Assembly (NCBI RefSeq): GCF_963921235.1
Contig: NC_086109.1
Coordinates: 23,190,001 to 23,254,000, forward strand
Direction of reading: 5' to 3'
Source of the DNA: Mobula hypostoma
Taxonomy: Eukaryota
Length of the DNA: 64,000 bases
The position numbers were made by a program, and so were the translations under genes. Positions within the stretch are counted from its first letter, which is position 1; every line of letters begins with the position of its first letter. Positions 61,566-64,000 of this stretch are shown one piece after another. A model generated the notes under the pieces. The model saw only the letters and a list, made by a program, of their open reading frames with translations, was not told where the DNA came from and made no database searches.

Positions 61566-62339
61566 TTATAGCCTTGACATTTCCTCTTTGTTCCTTGATC
61601 TATCCCAAGCTCACTCTAGTCATCCTCCTGAAGATATGAGAGTGAAGGGCATCGCAACTGAACAGGCATTCGGATGAATACACCTCTCTCCGAGCAGACT
61701 TTACTGTTCCACTCTTAACAACAGAAACAAGTCAAGGTGATGCAGCGAATGGTAGATAGGAGAAGGGAAACGAGTGAAATTTAAAGGCAAAAAAAATCAT
61801 AGCACAGCATTGCTTTAGGTAGAGGACAGGTAAGAGGCTGGTCTGATCTGGAGCAGGAGGGCTTCGGCAGGTGGAGACTGATTCTAGTTTGGGTGTTAGA
61901 CTAACAGATCCATTCACAGTCAGTGCTGGATTGGCAAATCAGACAGGAGTCACAAACTGCAAGATGGAAAACGACTATTGTTTAAAGAGAAACTAAATAT
62001 GCAGATTTTTTTTTTTACCTACTGTTAAATTCTACTTCTGCATACAAGAGGTGGGTAGTGTCCAAGCACACACAGGACAACACGGGACACAAGTGCACAT
62101 GTCAGGGCTCCTCCATGCTTTATTAAACACACGGAGCACCTGGGAGCAAAATAGCAAACGGTGCAATACACTGCAAGTTCTGAATTTTCTTTCACAAATT
62201 ATTTTTCATTAAAATTGAATCACATGGCATCACACAATCCAGTTTATAAATTTCTACCTGTCTTTTGTACCTCAGAGAATATCAACAACAAAAGGTGTTG
62301 TGAAGAATCCCAACTATACTCAAACCTTGAATCTTTTTC

Positions 62340-63533
62340 GTCTCCGCCACACCTGCTCTCAGGATGAGGCTTTTTATTCCAGGACGAGGGAGATGCCCTC
62401 CTCTTTTAAAGAAAGGGGCTTCCCTTCCTCCATCATCAACTCTGCTCTCAAACGCATCTCCCCCATTTCACGCACATCTGTTCTCACTCCATCCTCCCGC
62501 CACCCCATTAGGAATAGGGTTCCCCTTGTTCTCACTTACCATCCCACCAGCCTCTGGGTCCAACATATTATTCTCCGTAACTTCCGCCACCTCCAACGGG
62601 ATCCCACCACTAAGCACCTCTTTCCCTCCCCCCCCCCCGCTTTCTGCAGGGATCGCTCCCTACGCGACTCCCTTGTCCATTCGTTCCCCCCATCCCTCCC
62701 CACCAATCTCCCTCCTGGCAGTTATCCTTGTAAGCTGAACAAGTGCTACACATGCCCTTACACTTCCTCCCTTACCACCATTCAGGGCCCCAGACAGTCC
62801 TTCCAGGTGAGGCGACACTTCACCTGTGAGTCGGCTGGGGTGATATACTGCATCCAGTGCTCCTGATGTGGCCTTTTATATATTGGCGAGACCCGACGCA
62901 GACTGTGAAATCGTTTCGCTGAACACCTACACTCTGTCCGCCAGAGAAAGCAGGATCTCCCAGTGGCCACACATTTTAATTCCACATCCCATTCCCATTC
63001 TGACATGTCTATCCACGGCCTCCTCTACTGTAAAGATGAAGCCACACTCAGGTTGGAGGAACAACACCTTATATTCCATCTGGGTAGCCTCCAGCCTGAT
63101 GGCATGAACATTGACTTCTCGAACTTCCACTAATGCCCCACCTCCCCTTCGTACCCCATCTGTTATTTATTTATATACACACATTCTTTATCTCTCTCTC
63201 CTTTTTCGCCCTCTGTCCCTCTCACTATACCCCTTGCCCATCCTCTGGGTTTTCCCCCCCTCCCCCTTTTCTTTCTCCCTGGGCCTCCTGTCCCATGATC
63301 CTCTCATATCCCTTTTGCCAATCACCTGTCCAGCTCTTGGCTCCATCCCTCCCCCTCCTGTCTTCTCCTATCATTTTGGATCTCCCCCTCCCCCTCCCAC
63401 TTTCAAGTCTCTTACTAGCTCTTCTTTCAGTTAGTCCTGACGAAGGGTCTCGGCCCAAAACGTCGACTGTACCTCTTCCTAGAGATGCTGCCTGACCTGC
63501 TGCGTTCACCAGCAACTTTGATGTGTGTTGCTT
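62340..63533 (+). mobile_element. Longest Neptune-type Penelope copy (RT-EN linker, GIY-YIG and 3' UTR), 5'-truncated
   Basis: RLRHTCS.DEAF...FKERGFPSS...RVPLVLTYHP...VIYCIQCS*CGLLYIGE with an internal stop at 62864-62866. Flanks CTTGAATCTTTTTC and CTTGATCTTTTTTC form an imperfect TSD. Confidence 0.92.
63433..63468 (+). ncRNA. Minimal hammerhead ribozyme with G12>A substitution (predicted inactive)
   Basis: AGTC-CTGACGA-A-GGGT CTCG GCCC-AAAA-CGTC-GACT. Confidence 0.65.
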
Positions 63534-63777
63534 GATCTTTTTTCACTGTCTAGTTTAGGAAGTTACTTGGCAACGTGAGATTCCATTAGATCTCATTGCA
63601 ACTAATGGAATAAGATTATATATTTAATTTTGGTTTTGCACCTCGTCACAGGTGCAGAAAGTAGGCTTTACATTACCATACTTCATCTGGTGTTTCGATA
63701 TAGAATGTAGGCCCATGAACAATGTAAATTCATAGCAAACTGGTACTAATGAAATTAGTATTCACTGGGTTAGCAGT

Positions 63778-64000
63778 AATTTATTTATCATTTATTTATT
63801 GAGACACAGTGCGGAGTAGGCCCTTCTGACCCTTCGAGCCACGCTGACCAGCAATCCCCTGATTTAACCCTAGCCTAATCATGGGACAGTTTACGATGAC
63901 CAATTAACCTATCAACCGGTACGTCTTTAGACGGTGGGAGGAAACCGGAGCACCTGGAGGTCACGGGAAGAACGTACAAACTCCTTACAGGCAGTGGCAG
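63778..64000 (-). mobile_element. V-SINE running off the window edge
   Basis: (TTTA)n tail, then GACCAATTAACCTATCAACCGGTACGTCTTTAGACGGTGGGAGGAAACCGGAGCACCTGGAGG. Confidence 0.8.

Overview
A eukaryotic, repeat-dense, essentially non-genic window. The repeat landscape (CR1, Rex1/Babar, V-SINE/HE1-type SINEs, Penelope-like elements) points to a cartilaginous fish, probably a ray (inference). No host protein-coding gene can be named: the recognisable ORFs are transposon remnants and the rest look like chance frames. One 171-nt candidate exon lies on the minus strand (1310-1480), and several repeat-free islands look like regulatory or conserved non-coding DNA. The most notable system is a population of Penelope-like (GIY-YIG) retroelements of two clades whose 3' ends carry a minimal hammerhead ribozyme (CUGAnGA-A-stem II-GAAA-CG-UC) that can only fold as a dimer. 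Three copies have an intact core. Several ~130-bp ribozyme-plus-tail mini-copies also occur. All four young Neptune-type insertions have 11-15 bp target-site duplications (TSDs). Also present: a Tc1-like fossil with DD38E spacing, a hAT/Charlie element with terminal inverted repeats (TIRs), an 8-bp TSD and a CR1 fragment inside, hAT MITEs, a solo LTR, an L1-clade 3' end, RTE/BovB-related elements (one with a five-hairpin array), several tRNA-SINE families and multi-level nested insertions. Boundaries of old repeats are approximate, and family names come from motif recognition, not database searches.
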